A stretch of 64,000 bases of DNA, taken from Hydrolagus colliei. Taxonomy: Eukaryota. The notes below the pieces were generated by a model. It was given only the letters and a program-made list of their open reading frames with translations, searched no databases and was not told the DNA's origin. The stretch covers positions 13,764,001 to 13,828,000 of the forward strand of contig CM068754.1 of NCBI GenBank assembly GCA_035084275.1. Direction: 5' to 3'. The position numbers and the translations under genes were made by a program. Below are positions 41,841 to 53,748 of the stretch, one piece after another. Numbering within the stretch: the stretch's first letter is position 1; each line of letters starts with the position of its first letter.

Positions 41841-42047
41841 ATAATAATCCCTGCATTTGATATAGCGCTTTTCACATCTTCTAGATGTCTCAAAGAGCAC
41901 CACAGAATGTACTGTAAAGGGAATTGACTGTATAACTGTGGGTAAAACACGGCAGCCAATTGTGCACAGCAGTGTCCCACGAACAGTCGTGGATTAAGGT
42001 GACCAATTTATTATTGGGTTTTTTCTTGAGGGATTGTTGTCAGATGT
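41841..42047 (-). mobile_element. 5'-truncated tRNA/Deu SINE
   Basis: Reverse complement of the SINE body and tail (tgcatttgatatagcgcttttcacatcttctagatgtctc...gcagccaattgtgcacagcagtgtcccac). Confidence 0.85.
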
Positions 42048-42149
42048 AATCTGTGTCTATAACTAGAAAAATCCTGCAGTATTATAAACTTATGATTGAC
42101 CTGAGCAGAACTGTGTGTTAGCCTGGGATAGTGAGAGAAGTGCTCCTAC

Positions 42150-42555
42150 TTCTAAAGTTTGTGGATTCAAACTACATCCCCCCCCTCCCCCTACCTCCAC
42201 ACCTGTTGGGATTTTGAATTCATATAATCTAGTCCTGCGCTGCAGGGCTGCAAGTGGGGGAGGGGCTGCTGGTTTGTCAGAGAGGCCGTCTGTCAGATTA
42301 GACGGATTTAAACCAAAATTCCATCTGCGTGTTCAAGTGGACGTTAAAAATTCCTTGCAGGATTCGAAAAGAGAAGCGATTTTCACCCGATGTCTTGTGC
42401 AACAATCCTTTGAGTAACGTTGGTCAATCACTTCACGGCCATGTGTTGTACCCACCAAATCCATGGTCATTTCACTTTGCAGCACATCTTGTAAATTTAA
42501 GACCCTCCTCCTGAAGTGAAGGGTGCTATCTCAGATACGAGGTTTATTGTTATTT
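42150..42555 (+). mobile_element. Old Deu-domain SINE (AmnSINE1/SacSINE1-like)
   Basis: gaggccgtctgtcagattagacg..taaacc..ccatctgcgtgttcaagtggacgttaaaaattcc resembles the Deu-SINE core, with a degenerate head (gtggattcaaac) and tail (aagggtgctat). Confidence 0.55.
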
Positions 42556-45500
42556 TACATGTTAAATTGCAAGTTACCTTGTCAGGATGTATCTCCATGC
42601 ATTTGCATGAAGAGATGGTAGGGTGAGATCAAGAATACTCTCAAATCTTGATCTCTGTTGAGGGCAGACTGCTTTGAGCATTACAATGTTGGGTCACACA
42701 CAGCGAGCATTACTGATGGAAGGCTGATGATCTGAATGTCAATTTGTTTTTGCTATCAGCACAGAACCTAAGGAATAGCCACAGAAATCTAGTAAAAAAA
42801 AAGGCAGCAATAATGTGCTAAGTATTACACTCCAGTGCATTTTTCCATATGGAAATGAAATTTGTTCCATGTACAGCAACAATAATCGTTTATAAATAAA
42901 CATTATCTTGACTGGGGTTTCTTGTTTTATTGGTGGTGTGCTCCTGAAATTGCATAGCACAATCAATGTATTGTCCAGTGGGACTGTTCTATTAGGGTGT
43001 GATTCAACAATGATTTACACAGCAATTACCCACTCTGATCTAGATTTTCATGCTCTCCTAGCTGACATCAGTGAGCCATGGCCACGGATAAAGCCTTATT
43101 GTGTGCCTGTAGACATATCTTATGTCCAAAGAAAAGGTCTTTAGAAGCGTGATACTGTTTAGCATTTAATATGCACCACAAACAAGGGGGTATCTGTTGC
43201 TGTTGTACGTACTACCTGAACTCCTACAGAATCTTAATCAGAGGGAACCAGAGTTAAAACACAGTGCGTCTTTATGCCATTTGGTTGAAGGTTATTGAAA
43301 ATATTGAATCATGCAAACCGCAGAGGTTTTTTTTAAAAAAAGGATTGCATCAGGATAGCCCGAGGATATGATTGTTCTATTAAATGCTGTCTTTTAAGGT
43401 AATGCAGCATGCGGTGTGGCTTAGGAAGCAGATTTAAACCAATCTCTGCAGTTTAGAATATCTGCTAAGATAGTATTTTTGTTTCGTAAGTGGACAGATT
43501 TGATATAAACATGTGTGATGTAATAATAATCAGGCTGATGTGGGGACTCCCGACATAAAAGGCGCTCTGCAAATGTAATTTTGTTGTGGTTTGTTGATGT
43601 TGAAAGTTCTCTTGGAAAATTTTAAAGCATTTTGCTCAGATTTGAACGATTACCATCCATGAGGTTTGGTGATGTTAGAGACAACGAAGGAGACAGAACG
43701 TCTTCTTTTATTTCATATTGACCCTGTACATTTTAAATTGTTCACCTGTACAACCTATCAATAAACCTCGCCCACGTCCAGCTTCACTGCTCGAGGGATC
43801 TCGTTTGGAAAGAAAACCCTCTCTAATGAAATGGTGTGAAAGGTGAAGTACATTCAAATGGATGTTATGCAAATATTCTTTTAACAGGGGCACATTAATT
43901 GTGGGCAGCGAGCAATCCGGCTCAGAAATGAATGCGTTATTTCAACTGAAGAAAACCCCAAACTCTTAAACACTTCTCTTTGCTGAATGGTAGCTAGGAG
44001 CTGGCTAGGATCCGGCTTTGTTCTCCCAGAAATGGTTCAGCAAGTTTTTGGCAAACATAACAGCGCCCAAGGTCCCACTCCACCTCCTTTCGACAGCTCT
44101 GTAACTGTCGGGCCTTGTTTTGCATTGGCTTTTCTCCTCGCATTGGTATTCATTGGAAAACATAGTTGCATTGTTGCCTGTTTGATCAGCAGCGAGTCCT
44201 TCAATCGAATTAAGAAGCGTTGGATTCCTGAATCGCATGCTGACTGCCCTGTCTGGAAACTTACATTTCTGCCGACTGCCAAAGGTTCGAGAGGAAATTA
44301 TAGTCGGACAAGGTGAAAGTGTGTTAAAGACGAGAAATAAACAGGGAATGAGAGATTAGGATGGGACGAGACGGGATACATTTAGAAAACAGTCAGATTG
44401 CTTAAATGATAAGGGAAAAATGTTTCCAAACATATTCGATAGAAGGTCGGGCTGAGTTTTCCATTCATCAATAATTTGTGACAGGATTATAAACCCACTT
44501 CCCAAATAGTTAATTAACGGACTAAACAAGATTACATTGTTCTCATCTGTAAATTCACGACAAAAAACAAATGTACTGCAATTCAGATTTTTATACGAGT
44601 AGTGAGTTCAGATTACGCCAATGTCCGGCTTCTCAACAATCCATCAGTCCGTCAGCGACCATTATGTTAACACCTCCCTGACATCAGGTGCTTCCTAAGA
44701 TTTTATCAAATCTTTGTGATTGCCTTAGGATCAGACATTAGCACCTTCCGACGGCAAATGTGCCCACAGCAGCCTCTGAGTCCTATTTACACATTTGTAA
44801 AATCAAAAATGTCAATACAAAATACAGTAATTTGGGGGAATTTACCACCAAATGTGACAACATTATTTTCCTTTCATCATTGTCTGAATCGCTTTTTTGA
44901 AAGCAGTCATTGCTAAAAAAACAAAGCTGTCAGCACATTTGCTAACACAATGCATCTATAAATATTCTGGACTGGAACACTAACTTGTCACCACTATCAT
45001 TTAAAAAATATATATTTGGACTTTTACCAGAATAGATAAGGAGCTTTCCCTCATCAGACAGTTGGTCGATTTCTGTACTGTATGAACTGGAACCTATTCC
45101 TGTAATCAATAACTAGGGGCATGAGTATGTTGAAGACTTAAACAACTACAACAACAACAACAAAATTACATTTATAGAGCCTTTCACAAGCATGATTTAA
45201 AAATGAGCTAGCCAGAATTATCCTTTGTTGCCTGTGTACTGACTGCTAACTTTAAACACTGTTAAATTTGTTCCATGCTAAAAGTCACCCAAGAACTTAA
45301 ACTTGTTGCGAAATATCCATTTAGTAATAGCAGCCAAATAACACCAAGCTATTCACCTTTCCAGTACGTATTGAAAACTTAATATTTAGTTTGAAGTGAT
45401 ATTTGACTACCTGCTTGTGTTTTTAAACTATTCATTTCCTTCTCCGAGGTGAAGAATGCCAGTGTTCAGAAATGGGATACATTTTCACTTTTGACTTCCA

Positions 45501-47778
45501 TTGTGAGTGTCAAGTGGTTTCATTACACCAGGGCCAGATGTGGAGCAAAGCTCCTACCACTCTGACCCTTAAATATGCCTCAGCTAAAACTATAGAATAG
45601 TACCCTATGTTGCACCGATGGGAATATTTCCAGTTCTCACACCAGCCATCTGGCCTGTCTTAGTCCTGAGATTCTTAATGTAAGTGTTTATTTGTACTGA
45701 TTTATGAGCAGTTTTGTGCTCTGAGTCCACACTCAGCATACATTGTGTGGGGACTACCCAAACCCACTTCGTATAAGCCCTTGCAGCTGGTAGAGAGAGA
45801 GAGAGAGACTCATTTCATCAACCTGGGCTCCATTCAAACCCCCAAAGCCCAGCGGTGAAAGAATAGACCCTGTAACTTCTGCATTATTAAATAACAATTG
45901 ACGTGTGGAATAAAAACAACATTGCCTTTATTCATTAGAAACATTAATAAGGCATAAGGTATGAAGAAATAACCGGGTGAGAGTATTACTAAGCCATTGT
46001 GTGAAGCTTTGATTATTGCGTCTTTATTTGCTGTTATATTTGCGTTGCCTGGCTGCAGAGAACATTCATAGTTTCTTTCATTGCACCAGTTCGAAAAGAT
46101 AGTTTGCGACCTGATTCCACTTCTGTTGCAGCAACAGTGATGAGGTGGACATTTCAGCGGAGACCCGAGTTCTATTTTTGGACGCCACTTTCTATCTCGG
46201 GCTTGAAGAGCACTCTGGTCTGAGGTTATCGTAACCCAAGTGCGCCAGTCGGTGAGCCGGCCCAAGTTTGGTCATTTCACTGAGGTTCAAGTTCGCGCCA
46301 CTTGGCCCAACTCGAACTGAGTACAGCTGCTCGCGTACAGGCTTTTCAACATGTGCAGTTGCACTTTACAAAAAAAACAACATGAAAGGGTTTCGAAACC
46401 TCTGAAAGTGGCTGCGTGCGTGCGTGCGTTCAGGCGTGGGACTTCAACTCATGCACATTGTGTCGAGTTTTGGAGCTTAGTAGCAACATTAACCGAATCA
46501 AAGTTATATGAATGTTTTTTTTTCTGCAAATTCATGATAGGCTGCTAACTCTGAAGTTATCAGTCAGTCAGAAACCACAACTGGAACAATTCACATCATC
46601 ATGAACCTTTACTATCAGATTTTTGTTCCTGTTTTGATTAAATGTAAGCCACTTAAAAAGTGCAGCACAAAATCCATTGATGGCTGGGTAGGTTGATGGG
46701 TAACCTAATTTAGCTACAACATGCAAAATACACCCATTTCTTGAAAATGCTCCAGCGCTCTATCAAGTTGTTGTTGTTTGAAATCTTTTTACATTGTTTT
46801 CTTAATTGCAATTACGCGTGAGGAAAAATAATGGGAAACTGTTTTGGAGAAGAGCAGGGATTAGAGTAAAAAGTTCTAGTGGGAGCACCAGCACAGACGC
46901 AGTGATAAAGATTCCATTACAGCAATGCTGTGGTGACAATTGTACACAAATATCATATTATTTTGCACTCATATTATCTCGTATCCAGCCCGCTTACTAT
47001 CACCTCCTATAGTGTCACTTCCTACCTTTTGGTCACTCACTCTCTATAATCCCAGTCCATTTCTAAGCAGTGTATTTATTTTTGGGTGGAACATTAACAT
47101 TTTTAATAACCAATCGCCACCTGTTTGGCCCCTTTTATTTCATACTAAATGTGTGAAAAACGTAAACTTCATTGTTATGCTAGCTGTCACTTCAAGTTAA
47201 GTGCATGTCAAAGAGACAAGAAAAAACATGGGGACTGTTTCCAGATTGTTTGGTAACCTTTTATTGATTGTTCTGAGACCTGCAAGGTTTGAAAAGACAT
47301 AAGATTTACCCCTGCCTGTGGCTATTTTGGTCCCAGTTTCTGAAGCGTGTGCGCTCGTGTGCTTTGCTGGTTCTCTTTGCTGGTATAATAATACCATGGC
47401 TCCACCTTGGAGAGGAAATGGAAAGATCTTAGCTTGCGGTGTGGCACCTAACCCACCTCATCCGGTTGTGGTTTCAGCAGCGGTAATTCCAAGACAGTTG
47501 GTCCGTTTCTAGGAGCGAAATGGATATCAACGGCTCTGAAACAGGCGATCCCGAAATCAACAGGGTGATTCAAACGTTGCGTTCCAAAACGGAACCAAAG
47601 TGGAAGAAGAATCAAGACAGCGAAGGGTACAATGTTGAAGTCGAGTCCCATTGACCCAAAAATAAATAATAGTGAGGGAAAAATAAAAAAAAGTGAGGGA
47701 AAACAGGTTTTCCAGCTACATTTGAACTCCACAGAGATTAAACACCTCACTGGAAGAAAGTGCAGCTATTGTGTCATT

Positions 47779-47915
47779 TGCTGTGCGCAAATGGCTGCTG
47801 CGATTCGCCCACAAATATACAGTCAATTCACTTTACAGTATATTCTGTGAAGTGCTTTGGGACGTCGATAAGATGTGAAAAGCGCTATATCAAATGCAAG
47901 GATTATTATTATTAT
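47779..47915 (+). mobile_element. 5'-truncated tRNA/Deu SINE
   Basis: tgctgtgcgcaaatggctgctgcg...gaaaagcgctatatcaaatgcaagg(att)n. Confidence 0.85.
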
Positions 47916-48292
47916 GATTTGCCCCTGGAAAAATGTAGTGTTGCATTGCAAAGAACTATCAGCCGTTGTAGAGGGATTTTGAACTGCACATTATTCAGCA
48001 CTGAATGGTCTGGGTTTTGCTTTCACCATCAAGTGTTGTCAAAGTTGCTAATGTGTTAGCAACAGTTGCAAGTGAGCCAAAGTGACGCGAAGGTACACAT
48101 GTTTTTTCCCCCAAAGATTCACAGAGTGGGCTTGATAGGCCAAATGGCCTATTCATTTCCCTTTGTTCCCAACGTTACTTTCCCTTTCACCAAATGGACT
48201 GCTGATGAGTGAAAATACCGAATGCGCATTTATCCGTAACATTGTCACTCAATGGGTAAAAGTGTCAGTTTATTTATTGCTGCTATAAACAT

Positions 48293-48631
48293 TCCGTAGT
48301 TCAATGGTTAGAGCACTCGCCTTACCAGCGTGAGACCTGTGTTTGAATCCAGGCAGATCAGGGTGAAACAATGGGCAAGTTTCCTTACTCCACATGCCTA
48401 ATAATAATCCGTCCCCAAAAAAACACAAAAATAAAATTGGTCATTTCAATCCACGACTCTTTGTGGTATTTGTGGGACACTGCTGTGCGCAATTGGCTGC
48501 TGCGTATCGATGACAAATATACAATCAATTAACTTTACATTACATTCTGTGAAGCGCTTTGAGACATGGATAAGATGAGCGCTATATCAAACGCAAGGAT
48601 TATTATTATTATTATTATTATTATAATAATT
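48293..48631 (+). mobile_element. Full-length tRNA/Deu SINE
   Basis: Head gtagttcaatggttagagcactcgcc with B-box-like gtttgaatcc, shared body, and a long (att)n tail. Confidence 0.9.
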
Positions 48632-48677
48632 CTGTTTGCACCAGTACTTGGATGAGACTTGGCTGGCATTGTTTCTG

Positions 48678-48797
48678 TTGCCCCATGTTTCTGCCCCAAA
48701 ACAGAAGTTGCTGGGAAAACTCAACAGGTCAGGCAGCATCCATGGAGAAAGGAAAGTGAGTCAACGTTTCGGGTCCACGATCCTTCGTCAGAACTGG
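48678..48797 (-). mobile_element. Penelope-like element terminal fragment
   Basis: aaaacagaagttgctgggaaaactcaacaggtcaggcagcatccatggaga...aacgtttcgggtc...cttcgtcagaac resembles an abundant shark repeat end as I recall it, and it contains a PLE-type minimal hammerhead. Confidence 0.65.
48759..48795 (-). ncRNA. Minimal type I hammerhead ribozyme motif
   Basis: Minus-strand RNA AGUU-CUGACGA-A-GGAUC-GUG-GACCC-GAAAC-GUU-GACU. Stem I is AGUU/GACU, the CUGAnGA and GAAA boxes are intact, stem II has one mismatch, and stem III is the palindromic AACGUU. Confidence 0.7.
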
Positions 48798-49519
48798 GGC
48801 ATGTTGGGAGGGAGAGGTTTTTAAGGACAAGTTAAAGAGGGGGAGGCAGGACAAGGAAGACAAAGAAGGCAAAGGAAAAAAAAATGTTTATTGATGGGTT
48901 AAATAAGTTCTGCCCATATCGTCACACTCAATGTCAGCACTCTGTCAATGATAACCTCAAAAGGAAAACCAGAAACCATAGGGTTTGTGTTACAAAACAG
49001 TTTCGCAGGAAGTTTCACAACAAACAGGAGGCAAGTGAGAAAACTGATGCCAATGTATTACTTTGGGCTTCCAGGAGATGGAAAATCAATAAAATGATCT
49101 ATTTTTAAAATGTTTGCTGCACCTGAGATGTCAATGTTTGGAGATTCAGAATATCTTGAGTTTCCTGTTGGAAACTAGAGTTGTTATCTTACTGGGGTTT
49201 CCGTGCTTTTCTTACCCTATAGATTCCATGTAAGAACCTTGGCATTGCTGCATTACTCCACTCCACAGGTGGATCAACGCCCTTTGTTGAATAGGCTTGT
49301 ACAGCAGTCTCCTCCTCAATGGTTACTTGGCAGCTATTAAGGGGAATGGCATTGACATTCTTGTGGCAGACCTGACAGAATTCCTGGCACTGTGTAAAAT
49401 GCCTAAAATAAGTGAAAGTAATCAAATTTTCCATTGATTTACACCAGCCTAAAATCATGGAGATAAATATTTACACACAAGTAGATCATTATTTGGGGAA
49501 GGATGAGTTTGCAAGACTA

Positions 49520-49626
49520 TCTGGAGGGCACGGGGAAGTGGGATAGATATGGACAGCTTTTTTCAAAGAGCCAGCACTGACACGATGGGCCGAATGGCCT
49601 CCTTCTGTGCTATATAATTCTGTGAT
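49520..49626 (+). mobile_element. CR1 LINE (or CR1-partner SINE) 3' end
   Basis: aaagagccagcactgacacgatgggccgaatggcctccttctgtgctatataattctgtgat is the characteristic CR1 3' terminus. Confidence 0.75.
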
Positions 49627-51377
49627 ATGGCCTTCAGCCTCAATGTAATAACATGTTTTCATCTTTAAATTTAATTAGCTTTGGAACAAATTGTGACCAT
49701 TGAAATGTTCTACCCATGGAAAACAGAATACATAATGCAGTAATTATGAGCTACCATTCTGTCTGTTTATAAATACGAATGTTTTGTTGTTTGACGGGTT
49801 TCTTTTCCCTGCGGTTACAGTTCTATCCTTTTGTAGCTCCCCACCTATGTAGCGAGATCAGGTTAGCTTATTTAATCATATGTATAAGCAATTGTGAAGC
49901 ATGTGGGAGTTTGAATTTAGGTCAGGATCCACTGATTGACATGTTGATGATCTCCTCAGGTTGTGCTGCTTGCAAAGCAAGCAATATCAGCCTTACAGCC
50001 CTTGAAGTGTGGGTTGTTGCAGGACACAAATAGTGCTGTGTATTCCTGAATTCTGAGTCCTAAACTCTATTTATTTGTAGCTACCTAACTGCTAATATAT
50101 TCAATTGTAAATCAAGCCTACAATATGTTTGCATTTTCGCTTTTGAAATACCATGTGCATTGTAAAAATGCTAATGTTTGCCACAAACCTCGGTTTAAAA
50201 CAAGTACTTCAAAGTGTTCAAAGCAAGTAGATAAACTGTGAAGATAGTAGCACTTACCAACAAAAATGACAGGCTGATAAATGCAATTCTGAAGTATTTC
50301 AACTACTTGACTTTGTAATACGCCTAATCTAATCATCAGGTACATTACTCACTAATTATTGCACTTCTTCATGTTCATTATTCCTTAAATGCAATTTAGC
50401 TTATTACAAATCTGTCTAATAGGTTATGGATACTGTAGTTTTCTGAGATTTTTGGAGCGTCTAGTTTTGCGCTCCTATAACCTCAACATTGTTGTGCATA
50501 ATATTTTTGACATTCTATGCAAAGCTTTTATGATCCAGTTGATAAGAATTCAGAGCAAAAGCCATCAGATTTATAATATAAAAGTAAACCACTTTATCCT
50601 TGATTGCTTTTAGAGGTTGATTATGGTTAACATGGTATATAATTGTAAACATTACTGCAACTAATATAATAAAGGGGCTAAATGATCAACCACAAGTTTA
50701 ATTAGCTGGTGTTTCAAATTAATAATTGACATTTTAATGCCGATGGAGGGATTGCTGTATAGTATTTAATCCTCCTAGCAGTATGGTTCATTCCTCATTA
50801 TATCTCACCATGTGAAGCATTCAGTAGATCTGTTTACAATACTGGAAAATTGGTTGGAGCTATTTGGTTATCTTCCAACAGCAGTTGAGCTCTGCAGAGA
50901 TTAAATGCTTCATTTTTATAACAGATATTAGTATTAGCTTTTTGTATTTTGTGGGTGGTGGGTTGGGTGGGGGGGGGGGGGGAAGAAAGAGCAGATGCCG
51001 GGTTTTACTTGCAACAGATAAGATTCAGTGTGTGCAATCTACTATTTAAATTGTCATCTTGAATTTGTTCACTAATTAACTGATACAAAATGCAGCCGAA
51101 AGCTCATAACAAATCAATGCAGGCTGAATGAACAGAAGTGTCCCTTGCTGAATGTCTCAGGAGAATTATCTGTGCAGGTTGAAGCTTGCACACTCCTTTA
51201 TATATTTTTTTTCTTCAGGGTATTAATTGTCTCTTTCCCCCACTGCCCACTCTTCTTTCCACAAAATCGGTTGTTCGGCGCATCAGGGGACCCGGGCGCC
51301 TTCAGTATTCCTCCTGACAGACGTAAATTTGATCCATCATCCTGGCGTGGCACTCTTGTCAGCTCATAAAACTCTCC

Positions 51378-51434
51378 GCTAACTGACATTCCACATTCAT
51401 TTCTTTCAATTTCCTTTCCCCATTGTATTTTCAG
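51378..51434 (+). promoter_or_regulatory. Branch point and long polypyrimidine tract of the AFF2 exon-2 acceptor
   Basis: gctaactgac branch-like sequence followed by a pyrimidine-rich tract. No AG occurs between 51363 and the acceptor AG at 51433-51434. Confidence 0.6.
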
Positions 51435-51555
51435 TCACTACGAACAGGATCGGAATGCACTACGAAGGAAAGAATGGGAAAGACGGAACCAAGAAGTCAA
51501 TCAAGATGAGGATCTGTTTGCTTCGAGTTTTAATCTTTTCAGTGAGCCCTACAAG
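51435..51555 (+). CDS. AFF2: AF4/FMR2 family member 2, internal coding exon (exon 2 equivalent)
   Basis: Acceptor ttttcag ends at 51434 and the donor aag|gtagcc starts at 51556. The 121 nt (1 nt + 40 codons) translate to (C)[40 protein letters not shown], matching human AFF2 [22 protein letters not shown]...LFGEPYK as I recall it. HYEQDR and WERRNQEV favour AFF2 over AFF3. Not in the ORF track because it lacks a start codon. Confidence 0.93.
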
Positions 51556-52159
51556 GTAGCCTGGTCCAAATGCAATAAAACATATTTTGGGTTTGGGAGG
51601 CGGTGGTCGGGGGTAACTATTTATTGAGTTATTCAGCAATTTCTTATCCTCAGCACTAACAATATGGAGTGTTGTGTAATCACATGGAAACTGCAGCAGC
51701 AGAATTCAGGATTATGTACCTAGCTGGTTAATTGGTTCACATCACTAATTACTCATAAAATTCAGGCAAATTTGTACAAATGCGCCAGAATCGTTGGCCG
51801 TTTACATGCTGTGAAGTTTGCAACATATGGACGGCTTGTGTTCATAAAACCACTTTCAAATCTAACAACTATTTGACTACTAAGTAACAATGTCTCTCGT
51901 TGTTGATTGAACTGTGAAACGCGAGTGGCTAAGAATCAAAGCTCCATTGTTTTCACTCTGGCCAGCAAAATGGGCACAAAGTGGAAACATTGCAACATGA
52001 CTTGTGTATAATTGAGATCAAAATAAATGGTGGTGTAGTGGGCGCCCAGAGGTAAGTGGACAACTTCCCTTAATATTCTTCTGAGTCAAAACTAATATAG
52101 GAAAATTGTTCAGGAGGAATTCTACCTGGGGCTAGATTTACTCTTATTGCAAAACATTT

Positions 52160-52290
52160 CAGCGCCTTGGGACGTCCTCCCGATGTGTAAGGAGTTGTTC
52201 TGAAGCAGTAACTGTCCAGCTTGGGAAGTCCTCCTGACTTGAAAGGCGCTATACAAATGTAAATTTGTGATGGTGGTGGTTGTTGTTGTT
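52160..52290 (+). mobile_element. Two tandem L2 3' stem-loop tails in AFF2 intron 2
   Basis: cagcgccttgggacgtcctcccgatgtgtaagg followed by cttgggaagtcctcctgacttgaaaggcgctatacaaatgtaa...(ttg)n. Confidence 0.75.
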
Positions 52291-53748
52291 TTCCTCCAGA
52301 AAGCCTCCAGAGTTTTGCACATTTTTAAGTAGATCAATATCTTTGAAACCAGGTTTTACGTAAGGTCTTTTAAGAACCACAGTGAACCCATTTTCAAATT
52401 GAAGACTGATTTGCCGTGCTTCTGAGTATTCTACATTGCTTCATTTATAGAGTGAACCGAGACCCAGGTACAATCGATAGCCATGTAAGCATAAAGTAGC
52501 ACCCTCTCTGTAATTGAACTAAGGTTTGGGAGGGGCATTGCTGGAGGAAATGGAGAACAAATGATATATAGGAGGCACTCATAGTGCAAAGGTGCAGCAC
52601 AAACTGCCTGTCAATGACTCTCATTGTCAACAAGCTTCAAAACACTGGGCCAAATAAATTCATCATGATTCCCAGACACTTTTCCATTGGTAAACCAATC
52701 CAATGCCAGCACTGGGAGTAACTTTTGTTTTTAATCATTGGTGCAAATCAGTCGATCCAGGGTGCAAGAGGCTGGGGTGGAGGCAATTGTATGCAATGAA
52801 CATAAATTAAGGTTTTGTACAAAAATTGCACAGTTCAATTTATGTAGTGGAATTTTTTTTTAGTCACTTAACAGATATTGATGAAAACGGATGCAACTGT
52901 TGTAAACTCTGCCATTTACCTGCTTGCATGTGCTTAACTGCGAAAAAGCATTGAGCATTTAAGTGCCCATCATTTCAAAGCCTAAATGAGCCTTTTATGA
53001 ATCCAGTGTTATCTCGTCACATTATTCATGGGTAAGGAGTTGTTCTCCTTGTAAATGGATAAATAGTGACGCTTAAGCATTTTCATAATATCCTGCTGCT
53101 TTTTCTGCAACAGTGAGATCTAATATGGGTTATGTTCAATTTAACAAAAAAAAGCACGTTATTGATTGTAATATGACAGTAGATATCATATGTCTCGCAA
53201 TTATAAATAGACACATAGTCTTTTATAGTGAGTTTCACATCCTATTTATTTATTTTTCTAATAATTGCAACTTATCTAAAATGTATTTGTTTAATTGGAG
53301 TAATTAATTCTGCAACATGTTAAATCATGGTTTTGAAAGATTACATTTCAGTTTCAACTGAGCAACACAGTGCTATTTTACAGTTAAAACCAGTTTACAT
53401 TCAAAGAATGTTTCACTAGCTGTTGTTTTCGGATGCTTTTATATGGGAACTCAAATAAGAATGTAGTTACCCAGAGGGCGAAATGAATGACCTTCTAAAG
53501 GATTAGATTTGTATCCCTTGACTTTGCTCGTAATGTGGTAGAAAGGGGATGCCTCACACTGTATACTCTGTTTAATGTGGGCATGAATGTGACTTAATTT
53601 CGAAGTATAGCACACAAATATATTATGTTATTTACTGATAAACTGAGTGAGTTGAATAAGTAACTAAATATGATTACAATTGAAATGATTTTTGATTGTC
53701 CCTTAAAATAATTATTGTTAGTTTTCTATGCCATCTAATTTCTTTCAG

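Noticed and set aside
1-51434. AFF2 first coding exon (MDLFDF...QQC-like), CpG-island promoter or FRAXE-type CCG repeat
   Set aside because: No matching sequence, CpG island or CCG tract was seen on reading. It is probably upstream of the window.
53728-53748. ATG start of the 329-aa ORF (MPSNFFQ)
   Set aside because: It lies in the polypyrimidine tract/acceptor of exon 3. AFF homology begins at TNKG, so it is not a real start.
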